Below, piece after piece: positions 1-12,531 of a DNA stretch of 64,000 nucleotides. The notes under the pieces were generated by a model. That model did not search any database and was not told where the DNA came from. It saw only the letters and a list, made by a program, of their open reading frames with translations. Source of the DNA: Pseudogymnoascus verrucosus (lineage: Eukaryota); the NCBI GenBank assembly GCA_001662655.1, contig KV460231.1, one strand, 5' to 3'. Both the position numbers and the translations under genes were made by a program. Each line of letters starts with the position of its first letter. The first letter of the stretch is position 1.

Positions 1-229
1 ACAGTTCTACATGGAGTGTGCCCAGATCAACGTCACGGGTGGCAGCGGTGCTTCAACTCCAGAGACAGTTGCCCTCCCAGGTGCTTATTCGGTAAGTCTA
101 GACTGTTCTATTCTCTTTGCGGACTATTTCTAACTCTGATAGGCTACTGATCCTGGCATTCTCATCAATATTTACCAGAGCCCAATGCCGGCGTACACCA
201 TTCCTGGCCCTTCCGTATTCACCTGCTAA
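1..229 (+). CDS. AA9 lytic polysaccharide monooxygenase, 3' part (5' end outside window)
   Basis: Frame from nt 2 reads [30 protein letters not shown], then GT-AG intron 92-142, then [32 protein letters not shown] (TAA 227-229). QFYxxCAQ and PGAY..DPGI...IPGP are AA9 C-terminal hallmarks. Confidence 0.93.
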
Positions 230-1184
230 ATAGTCTTTTGGGAGGTTTGGATGGTTCTGGTTAATAGCAGATTAGATCAACTAGGGACAGGATTATGAGA
301 GGGATATGATGGATATATGATGGGTACATGGGGATATAGAGCATGGGCAACTACTGTACATAGTCCAAAGAAGCATTTTGTATTTATTGTATATAAATCT
401 ACCAGCGCCAATATTATTTATTTGCCTATTATAATCTGCCTGTAACTTGATGCCTACATTATATGCTAAGTTTACTATCCTTACTTAACCTATTGGGCTT
501 GTGGTTGTTATATAAACCCGATGCCGCCAGTATCACTTGCTTTCTTGTTCCTTCGCCGGCTTTATGGAAAATTGTCGTACATGCAGTCATCTGCCAAATC
601 CACTTTGCGAGCAATGTGTTCTGTGCATTGATAGAGCATGCGTTACGACGTTCATAGAGCACTATGCATGGAGATACGTGAAGCGGCGGCCATTCATTGC
701 CACATGACTCTGTCCCTTCAACTAGTCTACTACTCTCAGCTTCACCCACGACAGTGCAGTGGTAATCGAGAAGCCGGCAAGTTTTATCACAAGCATGAAA
801 TACGGCCAGCTCATACAAGGTTGTTCAAGCAGGCTGATATGAGAGTTAGCTTTGACCAGCCACGAATAGCCGACAAAACTGTGTGAGAATGGGAGCAATA
901 TGCCCGCAACCGGAGATTTCAACAACACAAAACCTTATTAAATGGGTGAGTTTCATAATATCATTTGGCTTTGACCCTATTATAATACTACGAATGATTT
1001 AGAATAGACTGTTTCTTTGGTTCTCAAGTTGGTAGTCAAAATATTCATGATATGTACGTATGTTGAAAAAATCTATATACAGCGATAAATTACATACCAC
1101 AGATCGCACCAATTCTCTATATCACTTCTCCTCATATCTCGCTCTACGTCTCTATAAAAGAGCCGTTCTCTCAGCTCCCTTCTC

Positions 1185-1912
1185 TTAACCCTGCCAGACC
1201 TCAGGGCCCGGAACAGTGTAAGAGGTGAAGTCAGAGTAAATGTTGGCGGTGTATCCAGGGTCAGTTTCCGCGAACGCCCCTGGAATCGCTACCAATGGGG
1301 CTGGGCTTCCACTGCCACCACCAGTGACCGAGATCTGCGCGCAGGAGATGTAAAACTGCGGGACTCCCCCGGGCCATGGGTTGTGGATGGCGAGCTGCTG
1401 GATGCGAAGGAGGTACTCTCCGTCCGGCACGCTTGCGGGGATCGTGACGCCGTAGGTCAACCCGAGGTCCCAGGTTGCAGCGCCGCCGCTGAAGGTAGGG
1501 CCGATGTCCTTGATCTTGAACCAGACATCGCCGGAGCCGTCGAATGACTCGGCGGTGGTGGGGGCTTTGGCCATGTAAAATGACACGGGGCCTTGGTGAT
1601 AGACGGCGACGTCGGCAGTAAATTCGACTGACGAGCCAGCCGTTACGGCTATGGTTGCACCGGCTCCAGTCTCTCCGCCGACATTGCAGCGGAGGTCATT
1701 TGAGGCGAGGTCAGTTACTGGAGAGTTGTAGTTTGTGTTCTCGCGAATATATTCGTACGCGGCAGACTGGGTGCCATCGTAGGTCAGATATTGGAAGATG
1801 TCTGAATTCATATAAGCATTTATTAGATTTGTACGAGCACTTCAAACTTACAATGGGCGGAAGCCTGTTGGGCAAGGACAGACAGCCCGAGAGCAGCGAC
1901 AGAGAGCTTCAT
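1185..1912 (-). CDS. AA9 lytic polysaccharide monooxygenase (secreted, no CBM)
   Basis: ATG at 1912; signal peptide [19 protein letters not shown] followed by His1 (H-Y split by intron 1851-1802, giving HYIFQ). Motifs [33 protein letters not shown]. Confidence 0.95.
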
Positions 1913-3527
1913 ACTTGCGGTGGAGGCGATATATGCGTATTGGGATGACCTTGAGAAAGAATACCAAACACTGGTCGCCTTTTATAACTTATACGGGCGC
2001 AAGAATTGGAGGATCGGCTTATTCTGGAGTCTGAAGTGACCAATATAGCCAGACATGCACGCAGACAACTATGATCCTTATGCCATGGAAGCGCCAGTTG
2101 CGGCATCATGTCACCAAGTTTTGTATATATAAATGGCTATGATGACGACGATCTTGTTCCAAGCAGATTAACAACAGGAAATAGTACCGAAATGGGTATC
2201 CATCTTTGACCGTAGAACAGATCGACAGCATCCGTATGGCCGTGTTTGATAGTCTCTGTTCTACATAGAGTAGATCCAGCGAGCGATCTTGAAACTAGGT
2301 GGATCCCTGGACACGAAAATTTAACAGTGCGAACAACCCAAGTACTTGGTGCATCTATCCATGCCATGAAAGTATCGACAGCGACAGGCAGGAGACGTCA
2401 TTGTTTACATTTCCTCTGTTCCACTTCAAATGAAAGAGCATGAGATATATGAAATTCCACGCAAGCAGGAGATTCGCAATCACGCAATGTGTGGCATGGA
2501 AAGGCATAGTATATGGGATAGAGGTAAGAAGAGTCCAACCTACTGATTTGCGAGTGCCGGTCGGTCGGTACTACAAACTCCGTCAAGCCTCAGCGAAAGG
2601 CAACTTCATGACCGATGATCAGGAAGATCTATTCCATTCCCGGGCACAGCGAGGGTATTATGTGTCGGTGGGGGCAGTTGTTCGACGATATCCCTACATC
2701 TGTGGGAATTCTGGGGAATGAAAGGATCCCAGTGTCCCCCGCTCTCGAGACCACACCACTGCCGTGATTTGTGACAGGGACGACAGGGGTCTGCATGATG
2801 AATGTAACCGGTGGCGCTAACGGACCTGCTTCCCGCACTCTAAATGAACCACAACCCCTCTCTTCTAGCTCTATAGTACTCCCCATAGTACGCATATTCG
2901 AGTACTATCCGGATAAAAAATAGCCAATTGATTTTATCCGCATATAGTAGTATGTATTGTTGTATCATTGCGTCGTTTTATCGTTTTCTGCTCCTCCTAA
3001 GCGATTCTCAACATCGTCTTGGGGGTTTTATTCCGTGTTTGTGCAGATGAATGCGAACTGGTCTGGACTCTCACTCGACTTCTTGGCATCCACCCCGTGA
3101 CTTTCATCTTTCAGCAAGCTTCGGCGGAACTATACAGTTAGGTGCTGTGTGGCTTGTGCCTTGTGTCTATTGTTCGTGCATCCACTTCTGTGTGGCAAGG
3201 GGCTGGGCGTCCTGTAGCTCATAGCGCGCCCTCTTTCTATTTTACTGGTAACCCGATTCCACCACTTGCGACGGTGCCGTCGTTGCATCGCGCACCTCCC
3301 CGCAAATACAAACACCTGGTTACTGCTGTCGCCCAGGGCATCACATGTAGGACTAGGTTCCCGTTTCATTAACGGGATCCATGGTACTCGTTCCAGGACA
3401 GCCGCCCCATGTGACTTTTCCTGCCGCGTTTATCACATCACTAGGTTTGTGGAGCACTGCTCATCAGGTGCCTACCTGTTCTCCATATTGATTCTCTAAT
3501 ATTTCTCTGTTGCTCTCAATATAACCT

Positions 3528-3541
3528 CGGCTGGCCGGCCG
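3528..3541. promoter_or_regulatory. Candidate CGG-N8-CCG (ClrB/CLR-2-type Zn2Cys6) site in the divergent AA9/GH6 intergenic region
   Basis: CGG CTGGCCGG CCG lies between the divergent cellulase genes. It is a short motif and could occur by chance. Confidence 0.3.
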
Positions 3542-4329
3542 AACAAGCGGTGACATCCGAACAATAAGCTTTTGCTTGCTTATATATTATTTGTAGAAAT
3601 ATTATTAACCTCTATTTAAAAGCTTCAACCGACGATTTCTACCGCATATGGAAGTATCAATTATCCCAGAATATACTGTTCTGTATTTTATTGGCTGTTA
3701 GTTTGCGTAGAGAGTTATTCTGTGGACTAAGTGGTCCATCCCGTTGGATTTCCTCATCTTATTGGCATTTTACCCCTCGCGCTGGCCATGCCCTTGCACA
3801 TATCCCCCCGCACGATACCCCCAATTATTTACCTAGACTACTGTCGCTGGCTTCTCCTCTCATAGCTGGTAGCCACTCAGATGAGACTTACATGGTGGTG
3901 TACTCCATACCGAACGTAATACATGGTGCTCTATAGGACTTCATCTTTCCCGTCCCGGAAGCGGCGTCCGATCATAAAGCGCGCATCTTGATTTACCCCA
4001 GGTGTATCACTGCCATGAACGCCTTCTCGACGCTCGATATCGCCTCGTGATGATGGCCCTGAGCTAGAAGCATTCTAGAACACGCCTCTTTCTAGCTCAA
4101 ACCAGGGATGCCCGGCTCAACTTCTCATAACGGCATGTCTTTCTTCCCAGCCAAGCTCAGACTCTTTGGAAGACGGCTGCTTTTTCCGCAATCTATTGCT
4201 GGCGGACTCTTTATCTCTTAATCTGTTTGGACTTCTAATTTCCCGATATTTCTATAAGAGTGGCCGTCCTGGAGAATCTACAACGACATCAGCAAAGTCA
4301 CCAGCATTTTAGAATCTTTAACACTCACA

Positions 4330-5820
4330 ATGGCTTTGAAGAACGTCCTTCTAGCGGCTGCGGCTCTCGCACCTACAGTCCTTGCTCAAGGTGGTGCCTG
4401 GGCGCAATGTAAGCTCTGATCCGACCTCTAGTTGTATTCTTTCTGACCAGATCAGGCGGTGGAAATGGCTGGACTGGTGCGACCACCTGTGTGTCCGGAT
4501 ATACCTGCACCTACTCCAATGATTGGTACTCGCAATGTTTGCCTGGTTCAGGTGGAGGAAACCCAACCACCACCGCAAAACCTACCACCACCGCTCCGAC
4601 TACCACCTCAGCGGGTACTGGTACCACTTCTCCTCCAACCGTGGGCAATCCATTCGCGAATGTCCAGCACTACGCCAACCCGTACTACTCGTCTGAAATC
4701 TACACTTCCGCCATTCCATCTCTGACTGGCACTGCGGCTGTCAAGGCCAGCGCCGTCGCTAAGGTCGGAACATTCGTCTGGCTGTGAGTTGCAACGCAGA
4801 AAATCTAGGGCTTGTTACTAACTTGACAAAGCGATACTGCTGCCAAGGTCCCAACTATGGACACATACCTCACCAACATTGAGGCCTTAAACGCCGCTGG
4901 TGCATCCCCGCCAGTTATTGGAACCTTCGTCGTTTATGATCTCCCAGACCGTGACTGTGCTGCCCTCGCTTCCAACGGCGAATACTCCATCGCCAACAAT
5001 GGCGCTGCCAACTACAAAGCCTACATCGATGCGATCAGGGCAATCCTCGTCAAGCACAGCAAGACCAAGGTCGTTCTTGTCGTTGGTCAGTACCCCCTTA
5101 ATGCCCCGCACTATTACTCTTTCTGATTTGCTGCCAGAGCCCGATTCTCTTGCCAACCTAGTGACCAACCTAAGCGTTGCGAAGTGCGCCAATGCGGCGG
5201 CCACGTACAAGTCCCTCACCGTCTACGCAATGCAGCAGCTGAACCTTCCCAATGTCTCCATGTACCTCGATGCCGGCCATGGTGGTTGGCTAGGCTGGGC
5301 CGCCAACATCGGCCCTGCAGCTGACATGTTCGGCAGCATATACAGCTCCGCAGGCAAGCCAGCTGCCGTCCGTGGTCTCGCTACCAACGTCGCGAACTAC
5401 AACGCGTGGAGTATCTCGACCTGCCCATCGTACACCAGCGGTGACTCGAACTGCGACGAGAAGCGCTACATCAACGCCATCGCTCCTCTCCTGACCAACG
5501 CTGGATTCCCAGCACACTTCATCATTGACACCTCGCGCAACGGAGTTCAGCCTACTGCACAGAATGCCTGGGGCGATTGGTGCAACCTGAAGGGGACGGG
5601 CTTCGGTGTCCGCCCAACAACCAACACGGGTGACGCGCTTGCCGATGCCTTCGTGTGGATCAAGCCTGGTGGAGAGTGTGATGGCACTTCTGACTCTTCA
5701 GCTGTGAGATACGATGCTCACTGCGGGCTGGATGATGCTCTTAAGCCTGCGCCAGAGGCTGGACAGTGGTTCCAGGCATACTTCGCACAACTGCTCAACA
5801 ATGCCAACCCTTCTTTCTAA
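4330..5820 (+). CDS. cbh2: Cellobiohydrolase II, CBM1-linker-GH6
   Basis: Signal peptide [22 protein letters not shown]1 [33 protein letters not shown]; Thr/Pro linker; GH6 motifs [55 protein letters not shown]. Introns 4409-4455, 4784-4831, 5086-5137. Confidence 0.97.
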
Positions 5821-6514
5821 AGTGGGAGAATTGAGTAAAGGCGAACGTCTTGCGAGGTGTTGTCTTAGTTTTAACTGAGCCTCAACTCGTATGCGATGGG
5901 GTGGTTGTAAATTAGCCTGAACATGAGTGGTTGGTGGGGATAAAATGGAGAGCTGCTTGCTTTTTTAGCGAGGCACAGCACTGTTGCTATTCTCATTTTC
6001 CGTTCATTTGTGCAGGATCGGCAGTCTGTATATAGAAACCAAAATGGAAAATTGCAGGTTCCACATTTCAGTTCCAGGCTGTTGGTGACAATTTACACTT
6101 ATATTTCGGATCGACACAGGCCAGGTTCATGCATTGTGAACATATGTAGATCGATTCATAATTCTGACATCTATCGAGACACCAGATGCATGGTACACGA
6201 TAAGACTACGTTGAGAAGAGAAAAACCCAAGAAAGTTTGCATCTTTTACCAGAATAAATAAGCATGGTGTACAGCGCTGCCATCTCCCGGCTGTCGTCAA
6301 GATCCATATTGAGAAGTTCGTCAATAAAGTAGAAAACGATAAATATGACCTATTTCACATGGCAGAATAGAACACCAAAAAGTGTAAATACAGTTATTGT
6401 CAATATTTACAGTGATAACGAGCGGCAATATCTACAATAGTAACGACGGACAGACATTCCCAGATATCTACAACCAATGCTGCCTCATCCAGCCTAAATT
6501 TAGCGTTCTAACCT

Positions 6515-7315
6515 CTAACCACTCCAGACTGCTGGGCCTGGGATCTTGTAGGAGGTTGGGATGGGCCAGTAGATGCCAATCAGAATTCCTGGGTCTGTCG
6601 CCGAGTATCCACCAGGCAGCTTGATGGTAGGACCTGGGCTGCCCGAGCCAGAACCAGAAATCTTCAGCTGAGCGCAGGAGATATAGAACTGGGCACCATC
6701 GGTAGTACTAGCAGAGTGCAGCGCGATGTGCTCGATGCGAAGAAGATATTCTCCCGCGGCTGCTGAGGTCAGTCATGCGATCTTGCTACCCAGTCAAAGG
6801 TGCTGAGAAAGGGGGTCTTACGAGTGCTGCTGGGGATCTTGAATGTGTACTGAGATATGTCTGATGCTGGCCAAGTAATCGCCGATGTAGAGATCGTTGC
6901 GCCCACCTCAGCGATCTTGAACCAGGCACCAGAGCCATCATAGGAGGCGGCTGTGGACGGCGCCTTAGAAAGATAGACGGTAATGGGGCCGGGGTGGAAG
7001 ATCGCCTGGTCTAGCGCAAAGCCAACAGTGGCACCGGCAGCTACAGATGCAGTGCCGGTGGAAGCACCGGAAGCGAGTCCTCCGGCGTTGCAGCGGATGT
7101 CGTTGGAGCTGACGGAGGTGACTGGAGAGTTTGCGTTGGTATTTTGGCGGACATACTGATAGGGGGAAGTTGCCGCGCCGTTCACAATCAGAGAAGTCCA
7201 GCGGTCTGGGGATGTTAGAATCGACACAATGAAGGGGAGGCGGAGGCATACAATGCGCAGAGACGACATCCGTAAAGGCGATGGCGCCCGCGAGAACGGG
7301 AAGGATAACTCTCAT
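6515..7315 (-). CDS. AA9 lytic polysaccharide monooxygenase (secreted, no CBM)
   Basis: Signal peptide [20 protein letters not shown] followed by His1 (HYRWTS after intron 7251-7206). Motifs DIRCN, HPGP, WFKI; intron 6821-6760; [20 protein letters not shown]; ends [13 protein letters not shown]. Confidence 0.95.
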
Positions 7316-9256
7316 AGCTGATAAATTTCCGAAGAATGCACTTTTGATTTAACTACAACTTGTGGGATAATGGGAAAACTTCAACTTCTACTCCTACTGG
7401 CAAGGACTAACGGGGCTTATAAGAAGAAAGAAACACAGCGTCACGGGGCCTCCAAGAGGTAGATGGGATTTGCCAAGAACGAGTTTCACCTAGGCGCCCT
7501 AACTCTAACTGCCGGAATAATTGCACCATAGCCAGAGGAAACTAACCAAGTGCCTGTAAGGTAAATCATACAGAGGATAGCCACATGGCACAGTCTGGTA
7601 CAGATTAATGAGATTCGGGTGATGTGGGCCGCAAGAATTGCGGGATATGGCGAACCAGCGGAGAGAACTTGGGTTGAAGTGGGAGTCGCCGGGCCGCAAG
7701 CCTAGAAACTGTTGACATGATATAATAAATAAAGGAACGGATGTCTTGGAGACTTATATAAAGTTATGGTTGGTTAAACTGGCAGAAAGAACTGAAAAAC
7801 TGAATCTAAAATTGCGAAGTGCAATCAACAAATTCGGATTCAATAAATGAGAAAACTGCCAACGAGATGTTGGGCGTACAATTTGGATTTGAAGATACGA
7901 GGCATTCTACAAATACAACAGCGCAGTACTCGCTATCCCAAAGAAGGAAATAATGATTCTGACGAACCTGTGGTAAGGATTTATACATACCCATGTGTGT
8001 TATGGGTAAAGTGAGTGACGGAGAGTGGCCTACTATAATAAACGAGGACGCGCCAGCCGAATGACCACAATTCGCCCCCATGATAATATCCCGAAGCCCC
8101 AGCCTATCGCCACGTTTCACTACACTCTCCCCGCAGTATATCCAGCAATATTATTCCCTTGGTATTTGTTTAATCCCGGTACCTAGGAGGGGCAAAGAAT
8201 ATACAGAGTAAAGCTCAATATATTCAGCATTGAGTTGTCGGCTGCATGGCGGGGGTCGACGTCGAGATTACTATATTGAATTGCTCATCCGGCTGTTACA
8301 CTCTATGTCTTGATCATACGACCTGCAGTAATATACTCGCACGCAATGTGGGACAGGGAGCTATGAGGGTTTGAGGCCTGGAACTTGGGCAATGGCTGTA
8401 CCCCAGCGTGGATGCTGGTCGAGTCGCCTGGTTTGAGTGTTATGGACCACAGAATGTACTGGATGGGCGTGGCAATAGAGTTGGCGTCAAAATACTTCGT
8501 CTGGCTCTGTTGATTCTACTGGAGGTGAAAGGATATTGACGATGGCCTCTATTGACTCCAGTGGCTACAGTTCCTTCTGACCCAGCACAAGCTCATATGA
8601 TGGACAATTCTAGTCGTCGTCAATATATGTGTCATTGACATACAGTTGGATCCTGCCAACAATGTCGGTGCCAAGTCAATTTCTACCTGGGAACCTTCCA
8701 GACCCATCCAGCTGTAAGTCTCATACTTTAACTTTTCATCTCCGAGCCGTTTCCAGCAGAGAAACTGTAAGGTTCGCTTCCATTCTTCATATATTCTTCC
8801 CCCTCCTTTCCAATATTGCATTCTGAATCACTTAACGCGGCGATATCACGACCTTAATACTACTTCGTTTGCAAGCATCTCAATTCTCCCTCATATGGTC
8901 TCTCATACAGGCTCAATGCTTCGGATCATGGCCGGAATATTGTCTTCAGGGAGAATTATATTCTCATTTGGCCTGCATGAGTTGCCTGTCAACAAGGACT
9001 TTCCGAACCTGTCATTAATTGTAGAGTATTATGAGTTAGAATTACACCAAACGTCTCTTCCTCGCGACTTTGATATAAAGTTCTGATTTCCTCTGCCCCC
9101 AAACTGTTTATTTCTTCTCTGCAACAAGCTTTCATTCTCCACTTCTTTTAAGATCTTACAACAGGATATTAGCTCGACGCCTATACGCAACTCAAGATTT
9201 GGGTGGTCTGTCCTATATCCACGGATCTACAAACGCGTTACTCTCCCTACATAACC

Positions 9257-9770
9257 ATGAAGAGCTTCCTCATCTCAGCGCTTCTCGCCGCCACCGCTGC
9301 GGCTTTGCCCCAGGGGCTCGGCCAAATCACCCGCATAGTGATCACCGATGCCCAACCAACAGCCATCGCGGTGCCACGAAATGCAGAGGCCCAGCACCTT
9401 GGGCCCGTCAGCCGAACGGTGATCTACGATTCCCAGCCTACTCGTATCTCAGTGCCGCGAGATGATGTTCTGGATAACGCAAAGCGCCAAACGATCGGCG
9501 GCATATGTATGACCCCCTATTCCAGATACCGTCTCTTCATATGTCACTTTGAAGCTTCCCTCGCTGACTATAACAGGCTCCAGCAACGACTCGTGTGCGC
9601 CGGGATTCTCATGCACCTCCCTCGGTAGCGGTTACTCGCTGTGCCTCCCTAATATCCTAGTACCATCAGTGGTGCCAATAACGGCATCACGTACGGACAT
9701 TGGAGATGTTCCAGTAAGCTCTGGAGGCGCCATTCAGCCAACCAATGTTGCTATTGCCGGCCGTAAGTAG
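9257..9770 (+). CDS. Small secreted protein with internal peptide repeats and a degenerate CBM1-like 4-Cys module
   Basis: Signal peptide MKSFLISALLAATAAA; two ~24-aa repeats ending in PR; KR site; intron 9507-9576 (GTATGA..GCTGAC..CAG) joins to give QTIGGICSSNDSCAPGFSCTSLGSGYSLCLP; stop at 9768-9770. Confidence 0.75.
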
Positions 9771-10280
9771 GTACGTCGAGTTTATGGAAAGCAGTCACTT
9801 CGGAAAAGGGGGTATTACTGGGTGGTTTGTAGTCGTCGAAGTGGATAGTATGATCAGAGTGGCGGTGACCTGGATGGAAAGATCGAGTGTTTGATGCGTT
9901 GATGAAAAAAAATTGTACTTCTTCTACTGGTGGAATTTAAGGACTTGTATCATGCTGAAAATTTTCTGTGATATTTGGGTCGTTCACACATGTCCGTGAC
10001 AGTTGTCCTTGACTGTTATTACCATAGAGAAATATACAGACTCCTGGCTCCTGACCCCAGAAAGTCCATAACTCGTAGGACGGACAGGCCTGATCGCAGA
10101 AACCTAGATGACGGATGATCGCATCCCGCCCTGGCATATGCAAGTATCAATCAACACGAAGCAAATGTAACATTGGCATGGAGGCTTCTATTCTCGGCTG
10201 TATCCTCACAACTAGGTATTATACATCTAGCCCAAGCGTCTCCCAGCTCGCCAAGTTCATCCCCTCCCCAGCACATGCAT

Positions 10281-12058
10281 CTAATCCTCATCCCAGTTAG
10301 CATTAGGCGCTGGCGGCTTCGGTCCACCAGCCTGTCTCGCGACGATGATCTGGTCGACCGAGAGGACGGTGCGTGCTGCCTCGGTGGCAAGCCTGATGGC
10401 CCAAGACTTGGAGACCAACAGGTCAAGGATGCCGGCGTCCTTGGCATCAAGGATTCCGGTTCCATCATCGTTCTATAGATTTCATTAGTATATTTCGCTG
10501 GTAGATTGGGAAGGAGATTCAGATTGTTCACGTACCTCAATATCAACACCGGTAGACCAGTCCTCCTTCTTGTGGTGGGCAGTGTATAACCTGCTCAGCA
10601 CCTCGGTGGCATCCAATCCAGCGCTCTCAGCTAGTGTCCTTGGGATTACCTCGAACGCCTCGGCATACTTCTTAATGGCGTATTGTGGCAGGCCAGGGGT
10701 GGTCTCGCCGTGTGCCATTATCCGCTCAACAAGCTCCGTCTCTGTGGCTCCAGCTCCTGGGACTAACCTCGGATCCTTTGTGATGGCCTTGACGACATTG
10801 ACTCCATCATCAACGGCACGCTCAATATCATCGAGGTGGTTCATGGTGGCTCCGCGCAGAACAATAGTGGCCGTCCTTGTCGAGTCATTCTCTTGTCTGA
10901 AAACGGTCACACGGTCACCACCAATCTCCAAGGTCTCGACAATGTCGATGCTTCCCATCTCGTCCGGCATAGGGGCGCCAAGTCTTGCTAATGGGGTAGC
11001 ACCAACAACTCTGCACACTCTTCTGAGCTCAAACTTGGACAAAATGCGGATGACCAGGATGCCGAAGCGGTTGAGGTAGTGCATCGCCAGCTCACCGACA
11101 GTGGAGCCGGCAATGACAACGCGAAGACCCGAATCGTAAAGCTCCTTGATGGCAACCTCCAGCTGGCTCTCCTCTCCCGTGGTAAAGTCCAACATTTCCT
11201 TTGCATTGTGTAGTAGAACCGTGCCCTTGGTCTCGGTCTGGCTGGTGTCGATCGGGCAAGAGAAGACTCCGACCTTGGCCCTGACGGCCTTCTTCACGGA
11301 TCCGTCTGGCTCCCTCCCAAAGACCATACCCTTGACAACTCTGCTCTGCTCCATGCTTCCTCCCATAATCTTGACAACTCTGACGGTATCAACGTTGAAT
11401 TGCGTTGGGTTCTTTGGCAGAACAGCCAACACAGCTTCAGCGATAAGGTCCGCCAAGAAGTCCTCACTGCCACATTGTTTGCTCGCAACGACCGTCCTGA
11501 TGGCCTTGCTGAGCTCCTTCTGTGACCGCATATCCTCCACCTTATCCACGACCAACTCGTCGAGCACCTCCAGTGCGTATTTTTGTGCTCTCTCGTAGCC
11601 CTGGACAACATCCGATGTCTTCAACCCCATCCTCAACAGATCCTCAGCTTTCTTTAGCAGCTCTCCGGCAAGCACGATGACCAAGTTCGTGGCGTCTCCC
11701 ATCTCGGCTTCCTGTTGCTGGGAAGCCATGACAATAAGCTTTGCGGCTGGGTGGACAACATCGAGTTCGCGGAGGATGGTGGCAGCGTCGGAGGTCAGAA
11801 TCATCTTCTGCAGATGGTTGATGACAATCTTGTTGCGGCCGTAGGGACCAAGGGATGTCTGGACGGTGGAGGAGATTGCGCGACAGGCATCGATATTGCG
11901 AAGAACAGCTCCATCTTCAGAGTCGTAGCTGGATAGGAGTTAGCACAAATAATTTAGGCGTGTGGTGACGCTGCGATGAGACGGAATAGAAGGACATACG
12001 AGTTATAGCCCTGCTTGAACAAGTTGGCGTTCGGGGCATTGGGGATATTGAGCGACAT
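10281..12058 (-). CDS. CCT8: T-complex protein 1 subunit theta
   Basis: Starts MSLNIPNAPNANLFKQGYN; chaperonin motifs SLGPYGRNK, TSDAATIL, GDATN, PGAGATE; two introns (~12000-11929 and 10535-10473); C-terminus RQAGGPKPPAPNANWDED. Confidence 0.96.
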
Positions 12059-12531
12059 GATGGGTGGTTGAGAGGGGTGTGTCGGGGAGGTGAGGTGGTC
12101 TCGAGCTCTTTTTGGAGATATCGCGTCTTGAGCTTCGAACAAAAATCGTTAAACGCGATTTCGGCCTGATCGCCAAGGCCAAAATGTTAATTGGCGGGAA
12201 CAACCCCCATGGAAGTGTTGCCCCACCACATCGTATGCCGCATCCATGCCCCACATAGGGGAACGTTGAGGACTTCATCTTCAAGTTAAACAGACATCCA
12301 TTGTATAATCAACATATAGAAACTGCCAAAAACAACGTTGAGCTAAGTGCATTCAAGTTAAAGCAGACTTTTTAATTGTCCTGTAACTTTAAATACAAGA
12401 CGGACCGTACTGAGGACAACAAAGTACAGCAATTTACCCCGCCTCCTCCACAGTAAGGAAGCTTCAAGAACTCACTCCTATATAGCCATTCGAACAGTGA
12501 ACCCCTCATAACAACTTAAAGCTCCAATACA

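Noticed and set aside
7800..9100. Additional gene within the cellulase cluster
   Set aside because: Only short ORFs, with no signal peptide, recognisable motif or consistent splice pattern.
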